Assembly (NCBI GenBank): GCA_963813715.1
Contig: CAWFAK010000013.1
Coordinates: forward strand, 1 to 64,000
Direction of reading: 5' to 3'
Length of the DNA: 64,000 nt
Origin: an uncultured Planctomycetaceae bacterium
GTDB taxonomy: Bacteria > Planctomycetota > Planctomycetia > Planctomycetales > Planctomycetaceae
Shown: positions 11,954 through 25,782 of the stretch, piece after piece
How positions within the stretch are numbered: position 1 is the first letter of the stretch
How the letters are laid out: the number at the start of each line of letters is the position of its first letter
Made by a program: the position numbers and the translations under genes
Notes under the pieces: model-generated
Databases searched by the model: none
Seen by the model: only the letters and a program-made list of their open reading frames with translations
What the model was told of the DNA's origin: nothing

Positions 11954-16729
<4,776 letters not shown>

Positions 16730-16871
16730 GGTTTCTCATCGTCGGGGCGGGTCGGCCGGGGATATAATTGGGGCACTGGGTTGCGGCCGGAGTCCGGAGC
16801 CGCCGCGCGCACCGCCAGCGACACGCAGTCGCCGCATCGATACGTGGCATTGAGACGCAGGGACACGCCGC

Positions 16872-19800
16872 ATGGCCTCGACCACAGACCATTCCTCGGA
16901 CGCGGAACTTCCGGCGGTCGACGATGCCGCTGCCCACGGCCCGGATGCCCACGGTCCCGGGACCGAAGGCTACGTCGATTTCGATGAATACATCGAAATC
17001 CAGCTGCATAAGGCCGGCTCGACGATCAAATCGACCGACGTGTTGACGGCCGTCGTCGGTGCCGGCACGCTCTTGACCGCCTATCTGCTGACGTTCATCG
17101 TCTGCGATCAGTGGCTGATTCCCGGCGGGTTCGGTGGCACGGCACGCGTCGCGCTTTTGTTGAGTTTGCTCGTCGCCGTGGTGGCGTGGCTCGGCTGGAA
17201 GGTGATCTGGCCGTGGCGACGGCGGGTCAACGGACTGTACGCGGCCAGCACCATCGAGAAGGCCAGCCCCGGCTTCAAGGGGAGCCTGCTCAATCTGGTC
17301 GACCTGCTGCGGGCCGAACGGACGATCTCGCCCGAAGTCTATCGCTCGCTCGAACGGCGGGCGGCCGTTGCGCTCACGCACGTTGACGTCCGCGAAACCG
17401 TCGATCGCCACAGCCTGCTCCGCTTGTCGATGGCACTCTTCGCCGTGGTCGTGCTGTTTTGCGGTTATTGGATCCTGTCGCCAAAGAATCCGGCCTCGTC
17501 CTTGTGGCGGGCGATCGCCCCCGCGTCCGATGCGGCCGTGGCCACGCGAACGAAGATCGACTCGGTGCGTCCGGGCGATGTCGACGTCGTCGCCCGCTCG
17601 CAGGTCGACGTGACGGCCGAAGTCCGCGGACAGCTGCCCGCGCAGGCGACCCTGTATTACACGACGGCCGATCACAAGTTCGTCGACGAGCGGATCGACG
17701 CGCGGCCGAGTGCCGAGGCAAGCCGCGAGTTTCACTTCGTCATTAACGGCGACAACGGCGCGGGCATCCTGCAGGACATGAGCTATCGCATCGTGGCCGG
17801 CGATGACGAAACGCGCGAGTACAAGATCCACGTGATCCAGCCGCCGGCCGCGACGATCGACTCGATCCGCCTCGATTACCCCGGATACACGCGGCTGACG
17901 AGCTCGACGCAGACCACCGGCGCGATCGACGCGCTCGAGGGGACGCGGGTGACGCTCCGCGCGACGGCCAACATGCCGCTCCGCTCGGCCTCGCTGCAGT
18001 TCTTCGACGACGAATCGGCCGCCAAGCGGGGCGAGGAAGTTCCCGTCCACGTCGAGAACGGCAACAAGCTGCAGGCCGAGTGGACGCTGCAGATTAGGTC
18101 CGACGGCACGTGCCCGCACTTCTACCGCATTTTTTGCACGAGCGCCGGCGGCGAGTCGGAGCGCAGTCCCAGTCTCTACAGCCTGGAAATTCGCGGGGAC
18201 CGGCCGCCGGAGATCGTGCTTCGCGACCCGACCAAGGACCTCGAGCTGCCGGCCAACGCCGTGCTGCCGCTGTTGATCGAGGCCCGCGATCCTGATTTCG
18301 CGCTCTCGTACATCAACCTCAAGATCGAGAAGGACGGCGCGTCGGTCATCGGCCCGGAAATCTACGACGGGAAGGACAATCCCGCGCAGCAGGTCCGCAA
18401 AACGTATCGCTGGTCGCTCAAGGAATACCACTTCCGCCCGAAGGAAACGATCACCTATTGGCTCGAGGCCCAGGACAATCGTAAGCCGCTCGCCAATACG
18501 ACCAACAGCTCGCCCCGCCTGCGGATCCACATCATCGATCCGGTGCCGGAGAGCGAGGTCCAGAAACAACTGGAGATGGCGGAGAACAATCAGCAGCAGG
18601 AGAAACGCACCGACGACAACAACGGCCAGCCGAAGGACGAGGATTCGGTCGCCGATCCGTCCAAGCCGCAGCCTAAAGCGAAGCAACGGAACGCCAATTC
18701 TCAGCAGCAACAACCACCGCAGAATCAGCAGCGGGACGCGAATCAAAAACAACCCGACCAGCAGAACAACGATGTCGTAATTCCACAGCGCCCCCACAAA
18801 GGGCGTCCCTCGCCCAAACCGGGAATCGGAGGCGGCGACAAGGGAGTCGGCGATAAGGGGGGCAAAGGCTCGGGCGAAAAGGGCGCCGACGACAAGGGCG
18901 GAGACCAGGGCAACGGCGAGAACGGCGACAAAGGACAGTCTCAGAAGCCAAACGCCGACGATCCCGCGTCCGATTCGCAGGCGCTGCAGAAGATCTACGA
19001 CCACATGCAGCAGGACTCGAAAAAGTCCGACTCGGGGCAGGACGACAACGCCAAGGACAAAGGGTCCGAGAATCCCTCGGGCGATAAGTCAGGAGACAAG
19101 AAGGGCGGCGATTCGTCGCAGAACGATCCCTCAGCCAAGGACAATCAGCCCGGCCAGCCGGGCGCCAATCCGCAGCCGGGTGCACAGCCCCAGGGGCAAG
19201 ACGGCCAAAAGCCGGATGGCCAAAAGCCAGACGGCAAGAACCCGGATGGCAAGAATCCCGAGGGGCAGAATCCCGACGGCAAGAATCCGGACGGGCAGAA
19301 CAAGGACGGCAAAAACGCCGACGGCACAAAGCCCGATACCGAGCCCAACGCCAAACAGGGCGAGAAAAAAGACGGCCCCACCCCGGACGGAAGCAAGAAA
19401 TCGGACCCGTCGGCCGGCGACAAGAACGGCGCCGATCAACCGCGCGACAAGTCTGCCCAGGATAAAACTGACGCGGATAAATCTGCCGCGGACAAATCGG
19501 GTGCCGATAAGTCGCCCGACACCAAGCAGGCGAGCGACAAGCAGAACGAGGGCAAACAAAACGGCCAGCGCCAAGTCGGCCAAAAGCAGCCCGGCGACAG
19601 AGACGGAGGAAGGCCAACAGCCGCCAGACCAGCAATCGAAGAAGGATCAAAACGGCAAGAACGGCGACGGCAAGAATCAACCCGCGACAATCAGACAAAC
19701 AGCCCGGCGACAAACAACCTGGCGGTAAGACGGGCGAGAATCCGGCCGGTGACAAGCAGGAACAGAAACAACAGGGCGACAAATCGTCAGACGGCAAGTC

Positions 19801-21448
19801 GGAGCAAGACAAGTCTCAGCAGGGCAAATCGGGCGACCAAAAATCGCCAGACCAAAAATCAGGCGACCAAAAATCGTCGGACGATAAATCGCAGGGCCAG
19901 TCCAAAGAGGCGCAGGGGAAGAACGAAAAAGGTCAGCCTTCGCCCGGCGATCAATCGCAGCCCGACAGCAAGAACCAGCAGGGCGCTCGGCCGATCAAAA
20001 CTCGCAGCGCGACCAGATCCCCGCCCAAGTCCGACGCGTCGAAGGGGTCAAACTCCGGCGACCAACAGGATAAAAATCAGCAGAGCAAAAGCGGCGTTCA
20101 GCCGCAGGATGCATCGCAGCGGAACGGCGGCCAGGACCAGGGCCAGAAGAAAGACCCCAAGTCGGCCGATCAGTCGCCCGCAGCGCAGGGTCAGCCCAAG
20201 GGCAGCGAGCAAAACCGCAAGGACGGGACCAAGCCGACCGACGCCACCGGTCGCGATGCCGATCGTTCACAGCAAAAGCAGCCGCAGGACGGCGTCAAGC
20301 CGCATGCCGGCGAACCGCAGGGAACTCCCGACGTGAAGTCGCGCGACGTGCCGCAGGGCGACGAGCGTGACGACAAGTCGAAAGCGAAGAATCGCCCGGC
20401 CCGTTCGCAGGACCTTGAAGAGATCCCCAAAGGCGTCGACCAGCCGACGGACAAGCTGCACGCCAAGTCGGCCCGCGACGAGCAGCAGCCCAATAACAAA
20501 GGTGACGAGCAGTCCGACGTCGGGAAGGACGGCGACACTAAGCGGACGCAGGACAAGAACAGCCGACTCTCGCAGGAAGGCACCGACAAGCCGGGCGCCA
20601 AAGAGCTGACGACCAAGCAAGACCCGGCGGCCAAGAACGGTCGCGAGCAGGCGGCCGACCCGGCCAGCGGTCAGCAGCAGGGCAAATCCGACAAAGCCCC
20701 CAAGTCGGGCGACCCGGCCAAGTCCGGTCAGCCGGAGAAGGGTGGCGCCGCTAAGCCCGGCCAACAGCCGCAGAACGGCAAGGCCTCTCCCGATTCGCCG
20801 CAGCAGAAAGATGGACAACCGGCCGACGGCCAGGGGAAACCGAGCAGCCAGTCCGGCAAGAGCGGCGAAGGGAAACCGGGTGAACCCGGCCAGACTTCCT
20901 CGAAGGGCGAGAAGGGCGGCGACAAGCCGTCCAAAGGCGGCTCGTCCGCGGCCGGAATGGGCAACGGCAAGGGAACCAACAACGGCGGAGGCGGCCACAA
21001 CAGCGGCAACGGCTCGGGCGACGGCGAAGGCCTCGTCAACACCGAGAAGCAGGCCAATGTCGATTACGCCCGCCAGGCCACCGACCTGATGCTCAATCGC
21101 CTGCAGGGCCAGCTCAGTCGCGGCAAGGTGGACGATAAGCTGCTCAAGGACCTGGGCTGGACGAAGGATGAAGTCCGGCGGTTCGTCGATCGAATGCGCC
21201 GCCAGCTGCAAAGCGAGCAAGGGGGCAACTCCCCGGCCGACGAGGCCCGCCGCCTGCAGCTCTTGGAGACGCTCAAGAGTCTCGACCTGCGACAAGGCCC
21301 CAAGGCCCGCTCGGGCAGCGGTCTGCAAAAAGTCGGCGGCGACGAAATCGCACGCCCCCACTCAACCCCGCCGGCCGAGTACAAAGAGCAGTACGACGCC
21401 TTCACGCGGAGCGTGGGTCAACCGACGGCGCCGCGCGAGAAGAAGTGA
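16872..21448 (+). CDS. Very large membrane-anchored protein (DUF4175-like) with a long Gln/Lys/Asp/Gly low-complexity region, two frameshifts near 19600-19690
   Basis: Three N-terminal TM helices and Ig-like beta segments (DRPPEI, EARDPDFAL), then low complexity, then a C-terminus ARQATDLML..LGWT..PPAEYKEQYDAF. The frame from 19694 is continuous with ORF 20333..21448. Confidence 0.75.
19200..19337 (+). repeat. Degenerate 15-bp coding tandem repeat (DG[Q/K][K/N]P x about 9)
   Basis: DGQKP DGQKP DGKNP DGKNP EGQNP DGKNP DGQNK DGKNA DGTKP. Confidence 0.9.
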
Positions 21449-21558
21449 TCGCGACCGAGAAGTGACGCAAAGAGCCGCGCACGCAGTAAGCGGTGTCTTT
21501 TGGACTTTTTGTTCTTCGTCAGCGCGCAGGATTGAGAGCTCGCGATGCAATAAAGCGA

Positions 21559-21590
21559 AGCACCCGCCAGCTTACGCTGGCGGCTCGCCG
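21559..21590. repeat. Single REP-like palindrome, family B
   Basis: agcacccgccagcttacgctggcggctcgcc matches 41081-41111 (agcacccgccagctgacgcaggcggctcgcc). Confidence 0.7.
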
Positions 21591-21698
21591 GGCGGATCGT
21601 GTTTCCGCGGGCGTTGCGAGCGGCCGCGCGGCGCGATACTGAGCTAAAGGCGGCATCCTGAGCGACCCAGCGGGAAACCTATGCCGAGGTGTGAGGGA

Positions 21699-22284
21699 AT
21701 GGGAAAGCTCGTATTCGGAATGATGCAATCGCTCGACGGCTACGTCGCTGGCGTCGCGGGCGGGCCTGGATCGGACGGCTACGTCGCTGGCCGTCGCGGG
21801 CGGGCTGGAATTGCCGCCGCCCGGTGTTTCGCTCCATCGTCATTTCAACGATCACGTCCGCGGCCTGGCCGGCTGTTTGTACGGTCGTCGTATCTACGAA
21901 GTGATGCGTTACTGGGACGAGGATCAGCCGGACTGGGATGTGGGCGACCACGACTTCGCGGCGGTGTGGCGGGCGCTGCCGAAATGGGTCGTGTCACGCT
22001 CGCTGAAGTCGGTCGGCGCGAACGCTACGCTCGTGGCCGGCGACGTCGAAGCGTTCGTGCGCCGGCTGAAGGCGGAAGTCGAGGGCGAAATCGACGTCGC
22101 CGGGCCCGAACTCGCGGGGTGCCTCACCGACCTCGGTCTCATCGACGAGTATCGTCTCTACTTCCGCCCGTTTGTGCTTGGCGGCGGCAAGCCGTACTTC
22201 GCCGGTGCCAGGCCGCCCCTGCGACTGATCGCCGCCGATCCCATCGGCGAGGAGGCGGTTAGGCTGACGTACGTCCCGACTTGA
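21699..22284 (+). CDS. Dihydrofolate reductase-like / RibD C-terminal family protein, one frameshift
   Basis: MGKLVFGMMQSLDGYV, LYGRRIYEVMRYW, PKWVVSRSL, VAGPELA and LIDEYRLYFRPFVLGGGKPYF. Confidence 0.9.
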
Positions 22285-22447
22285 TCACGCTCTCCCGCCG
22301 GCCCAGTGCAGTCGGCCTCGCCTCAAATAGGGTGATCCACCTCGATGGTTGTAGAAGAACTGCTTGAACCCTCCGTTTGGCACAAGTGATCGCCGCCACG
22401 GACCATTTCCAGCGTGCGTCCGTTCCCGTGCCTCCGGGTCGATTGGG

Positions 22448-23899
22448 CTAAGACGCCGCACTTTCCTCGGTCGTTGGCGCGAACCGCTGGTAGGCAAAGT
22501 AGAACGGCAGGCCGAGTGCGATCAGGCCCAGGCCGATGTTCGCGCGTTCGGGGTCGCCGCGGTAGACCTCGAACAGAAACCAGCAATAGAAAATCGCGTA
22601 AACCACCGGCACCACCGGATAGCCCAGCGTGCGGTAGGGGCGCGGCAGGTCGGGTCGCGTGCGGCGGAGAATCAGCACGGCGATCACCGACAGCATGTAA
22701 AAGATGCTCGAGGCGAAGACGACGTAGTCGGTCAGCACGTCGAAGACCGTCAGCTTTCCGAACGATGGTTTGAACTGCACCAAGAGCGACGAGCCGACCA
22801 CCAGCACCACGGCCATCGCCGCTTGCACGAAGATCGCAAACGCCGGCGTGCGATAGGAGGCGTGCACCCAACCCAGGCTGCGGAAAAAGAGGCCGTCGCG
22901 CCCCATCGCGAAGGAAATCCGCGGCCCAATCAGCATGTTGCTGTTGATGCCGCCGAAGGTCGAAAGCATCAGTCCGGCGGCCATCAAAACGCGGCCGCGC
23001 GGGCCGAGCAGCGCCTCGCACATTTTGACGGCCGCACCGTCTTTCGAATCGACCAGCTGCTCCATCGACAGGGCCAGGTGATAGGCGACGGTGGCCGAGA
23101 CGTAGAGCACGATCAGCACGCCCAGCCCGCCAAAGAGGGCCCGCGGGATGTTCCGCTGCGGCTCGCGGATTTCCTCGCCCACGGTGCCGAGCGACTCCCA
23201 GCCGTTATACGCCCAGAGCACGCCCAACAGCGCGGCCGCAAACGCCGTCGTCAGGCTGCCCTTCTCCGGCACGACGGTGGAGTACAAATTCTCCGGATTG
23301 AGCGGCACATGATGAAAGGCGGCGGCATAAAACGGCAAGACCGCGATCCCGGCCAGAAACGCCACCTTGAGGATCGTGGTCAGCCCCTGCACGCGGCCGC
23401 CCCAGATCACGCCCAGGATGTTGATCCAGGCCAACGCCCCGATCACCGCCACCTCTTCCACCAGTTCGAGCCACGGTCCCGGGCCGCCGGCCGACGCGTC
23501 CGCCCCCAGCAGCTTGGGGACGCTCGTCACGAAGATCACCGTCAGCGCCGCCACCGAGCCCGGCTTGCTGAAGAGGAAATCGGTCCAACCGAAGAGAAAC
23601 GCGACCGGCCGACCGTACGCCTCGCGGAGATAAACATAGATGCCGCCCGCAGACGGGAGCATGGCCCCCAGCTCGGCCAGGCAGAGCGCACCCATCACGC
23701 AGATGAATCCGCCCAGCACCCAAGCCGCCAGGATCACGCGGAAATCGCCGGCGTCGCGGGCGATGCCGCCGGGCTTCACGTAGATCCCCGAGCCGATGAC
23801 GTTGCCGACGACGACGGCCATCGCCATGCCGGGGCCGAGTGCCCGCAAGAGAGTTGGCCCGCGCGCTCCCGTCGATTCCGGTCCGGCGGGCTGCGACAT
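22448..23899 (-). CDS. APC superfamily amino acid permease (LAT/SteT-like)
   Basis: VVGNVIGSGIY, AELGAMLPSAGGIYVYL, LWAYNGWE and RPYRTLGYP, with about 12 TM helices. Confidence 0.95.
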   Translation of the reverse strand: MSQPAGPESTGARGPTLLRALGPGMAMAVVVGNVIGSGIYVKPGGIARDAGDFRVILAAWVLGGFICVMGALCLAELGAMLPSAGGIYVYLREAYGRPVAFLFGWTDFLFSKPGSVAALTVIFVTSVPKLLGADASAGGPGPWLELVEEVAVIGALAWINILGVIWGGRVQGLTTILKVAFLAGIAVLPFYAAAFHHVPLNPENLYSTVVPEKGSLTTAFAAALLGVLWAYNGWESLGTVGEEIREPQRNIPRALFGGLGVLIVLYVSATVAYHLALSMEQLVDSKDGAAVKMCEALLGPRGRVLMAAGLMLSTFGGINSNMLIGPRISFAMGRDGLFFRSLGWVHASYRTPAFAIFVQAAMAVVLVVGSSLLVQFKPSFGKLTVFDVLTDYVVFASSIFYMLSVIAVLILRRTRPDLPRPYRTLGYPVVPVVYAIFYCWFLFEVYRGDPERANIGLGLIALGLPFYFAYQRFAPTTEESAAS

Positions 23900-23907
23900 G
23901 AAGGGCC

Positions 23908-24924
23908 TCAGAGACCGAGCCCGCCCACCGCTTTACCGGAGGCTGACTTGGCGCTCGGCACGATCTTGGTCAGCTTCAGCGTCTCCAGGCTCAGATCGAT
24001 GTTGCTCGAGAGCCTTTCGGCGGGGGAGACGTTTTCGGGCAGCACGAAGACGAAGGTGACCTCGTTCTTTTCCTGCTTGCAGTTGTAAATGTCGATGCGG
24101 TAGTCCTTGCCCTCGATCGACGCCGGAAAACCGGGCCGGACGACCTTGAAGGTCCGCTTGGCGACCCACGCCTCACCCTTGGGCACCGCGTCATTGGTCA
24201 TCTTCTCGGGGGGCGGGTCGGGCTGGCCGACGGCCTGGGCGATGGTGTGGATCACCGTGTTGTTGAAGGCGGCCGCCTTCTCGTCTGAACCGCGCTTGCC
24301 CAACAAGTCCCCGTTGGTGAGCACATACAAGTAGCCCTTCTGATGGGCCTTGCCCCCCACCGACAAGTCGGAGGAAAAGGCGAGCTGCAAACCGGGAAAC
24401 GTGATGTCGGCGTACTTCGGTTGCCGCGGATCGCGCTCCTCTTCAGGATCGTCGGAGTCCGCCGGCGGGTCCTTGGGGGCGTCCTTCGCGGCGTCCTTGT
24501 CCGCGCCCTTGTCGGCGGCTTTGTCCGAGTCCTTCGAGCCTTTCTTGTCCGCCTTTTTCGGATCTTTTTTCTTCGGGATGGGCCCGGGGATCACCTCGAA
24601 CTGCTTGGGCACCCGGATCTGCACTCCCTTGCCGGTGATAATCGGCCCCAGATTCTGATTGAGCTTCTCGAGATACGTGAAGTACCGCCGGCTCTCTTCG
24701 AGCCTCAGCTCGTACGTGGCACGCCCGCAGCCGGCGGAGATCGCGGCCACCATCAACGCCGCCAGCGACACGCTCAGCAGAGCCCGCCGCGAGCGGTGCG
24801 GTGTGATGGACGGCGAAATCTGTGAAGTAGACGGCAGAGAGCACCCCGACAGAAAGCAGCCGGCGGATTGCCGGACGCGATTTGAATCTTTCTCGATTCT
24901 GCTGAACGCGGGCAGTTGGGTCAA
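23908..24924 (-). CDS. Hypothetical lipoprotein
   Basis: Hydrophobic stretch ending in a lipobox-like ISAGC, and a K/D-rich linker. The true start is probably downstream of 24924. Confidence 0.7.
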   Translation of the reverse strand: MTQLPAFSRIEKDSNRVRQSAGCFLSGCSLPSTSQISPSITPHRSRRALLSVSLAALMVAAISAGCGRATYELRLEESRRYFTYLEKLNQNLGPIITGKGVQIRVPKQFEVIPGPIPKKKDPKKADKKGSKDSDKAADKGADKDAAKDAPKDPPADSDDPEEERDPRQPKYADITFPGLQLAFSSDLSVGGKAHQKGYLYVLTNGDLLGKRGSDEKAAAFNNTVIHTIAQAVGQPDPPPEKMTNDAVPKGEAWVAKRTFKVVRPGFPASIEGKDYRIDIYNCKQEKNEVTFVFVLPENVSPAERLSSNIDLSLETLKLTKIVPSAKSASGKAVGGLGL

Positions 24925-24991
24925 TTGCCTTCGTCAAGATTTTGGGGCGGCTCGGCGGTCGCCCTCGGGGAGTCGCGGTGCCGGCTCTGCT

Positions 24992-25681
24992 TCAGGACTT
25001 GCGGCGGCGGGACTCGCTTTCCTGCCGATCGATTTCCTGCTGCAGCCGCGCCACGTCCGCCTGGGTGAACGTGGCGGCCGGTCCCAACTCGTCGGAGAAT
25101 TCGTCGGCTTGCGGAATTTCGCCGAAAATGCGGAGCCAGAGTTCGGTCTCGGTTTCGCTCGCCTTGTCTCGCAGTTTGTCCCGTGTTTTTTCGTCCCCGC
25201 CGGTCTCCGGCTTTCCACGCGACTTTTTGCCGCGCGGCGGCGGTGGCGGCTCGCCGCTTTCCGGGTCCAGCACGCCGCGGCGTTCCAGCTCCTGTACGAA
25301 GTCTTCGCTGTCGAGAAAGGTGCCGCGGCGCTTTTGCACGCAGCGCTGCAAGCGGTGGTCGCTGGAGACGAGGCGAATTTGCCGCGGGGCCGAGTGGGCG
25401 GCGACGAGTTCTTCGATCGTGTCGTCCGCGTCTTTGCCCGGGGCGGCGAAGCGGATGGTGATGCCGGCGGCCGTCAGTTGCCGGGGCAAACCGGGAGGCG
25501 CTTCGGCCGCGTCGAAGACGACGGTCGTCCGCTCGCGTTCGCTGTCGGTCAGGTGCTTGGACAGCCAGGCGAGCAATTGGGCCCGGCACCGCTCGAGCTG
25601 GCCCGGCCCGTACCGCCGCCGCGCGAGCCCCGCCGCGTGCAGCAGGTTGTAGCCGTCGATCATCAAATAGGGGCGTCGCAC
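24992..25681 (-). CDS. NYN/YacP (Rae1-like) PIN-fold ribonuclease
   Basis: IDGYNLLH, VVFDA, DADDTIE and VSSDHRLQ carry the conserved acidic tetrad. GTG start with a purine-rich RBS. Confidence 0.88.
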   Translation of the reverse strand: MRRPYLMIDGYNLLHAAGLARRRYGPGQLERCRAQLLAWLSKHLTDSERERTTVVFDAAEAPPGLPRQLTAAGITIRFAAPGKDADDTIEELVAAHSAPRQIRLVSSDHRLQRCVQKRRGTFLDSEDFVQELERRGVLDPESGEPPPPPRGKKSRGKPETGGDEKTRDKLRDKASETETELWLRIFGEIPQADEFSDELGPAATFTQADVARLQQEIDRQESESRRRKS

Positions 25682-25782
25682 CGCGTTCTCGTCCCTTCTC
25701 CGTTCATCGTGCCTCCACACGGCAATGGGTGTCAACATGCGATCGCGCTCGGGCGCGGAGCGATCGCCTTAAGCGAGGATGC

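Noticed and set aside
19200..19890. Short periodic repeats as a possible CRISPR array
   Set aside because: They have a 15-bp period, vary at synonymous positions, lack unique spacers, lie inside a coding frame, and no cas genes are present.
19600..20336. Arg/Asn-rich C-terminus of ORF 16872..20336
   Set aside because: It is an out-of-frame translation after indels; the natural Q/K/D/G frame continues to 21448.
24460..24580. DKxA/KD repeats in the lipoprotein
   Set aside because: An ordinary low-complexity linker.
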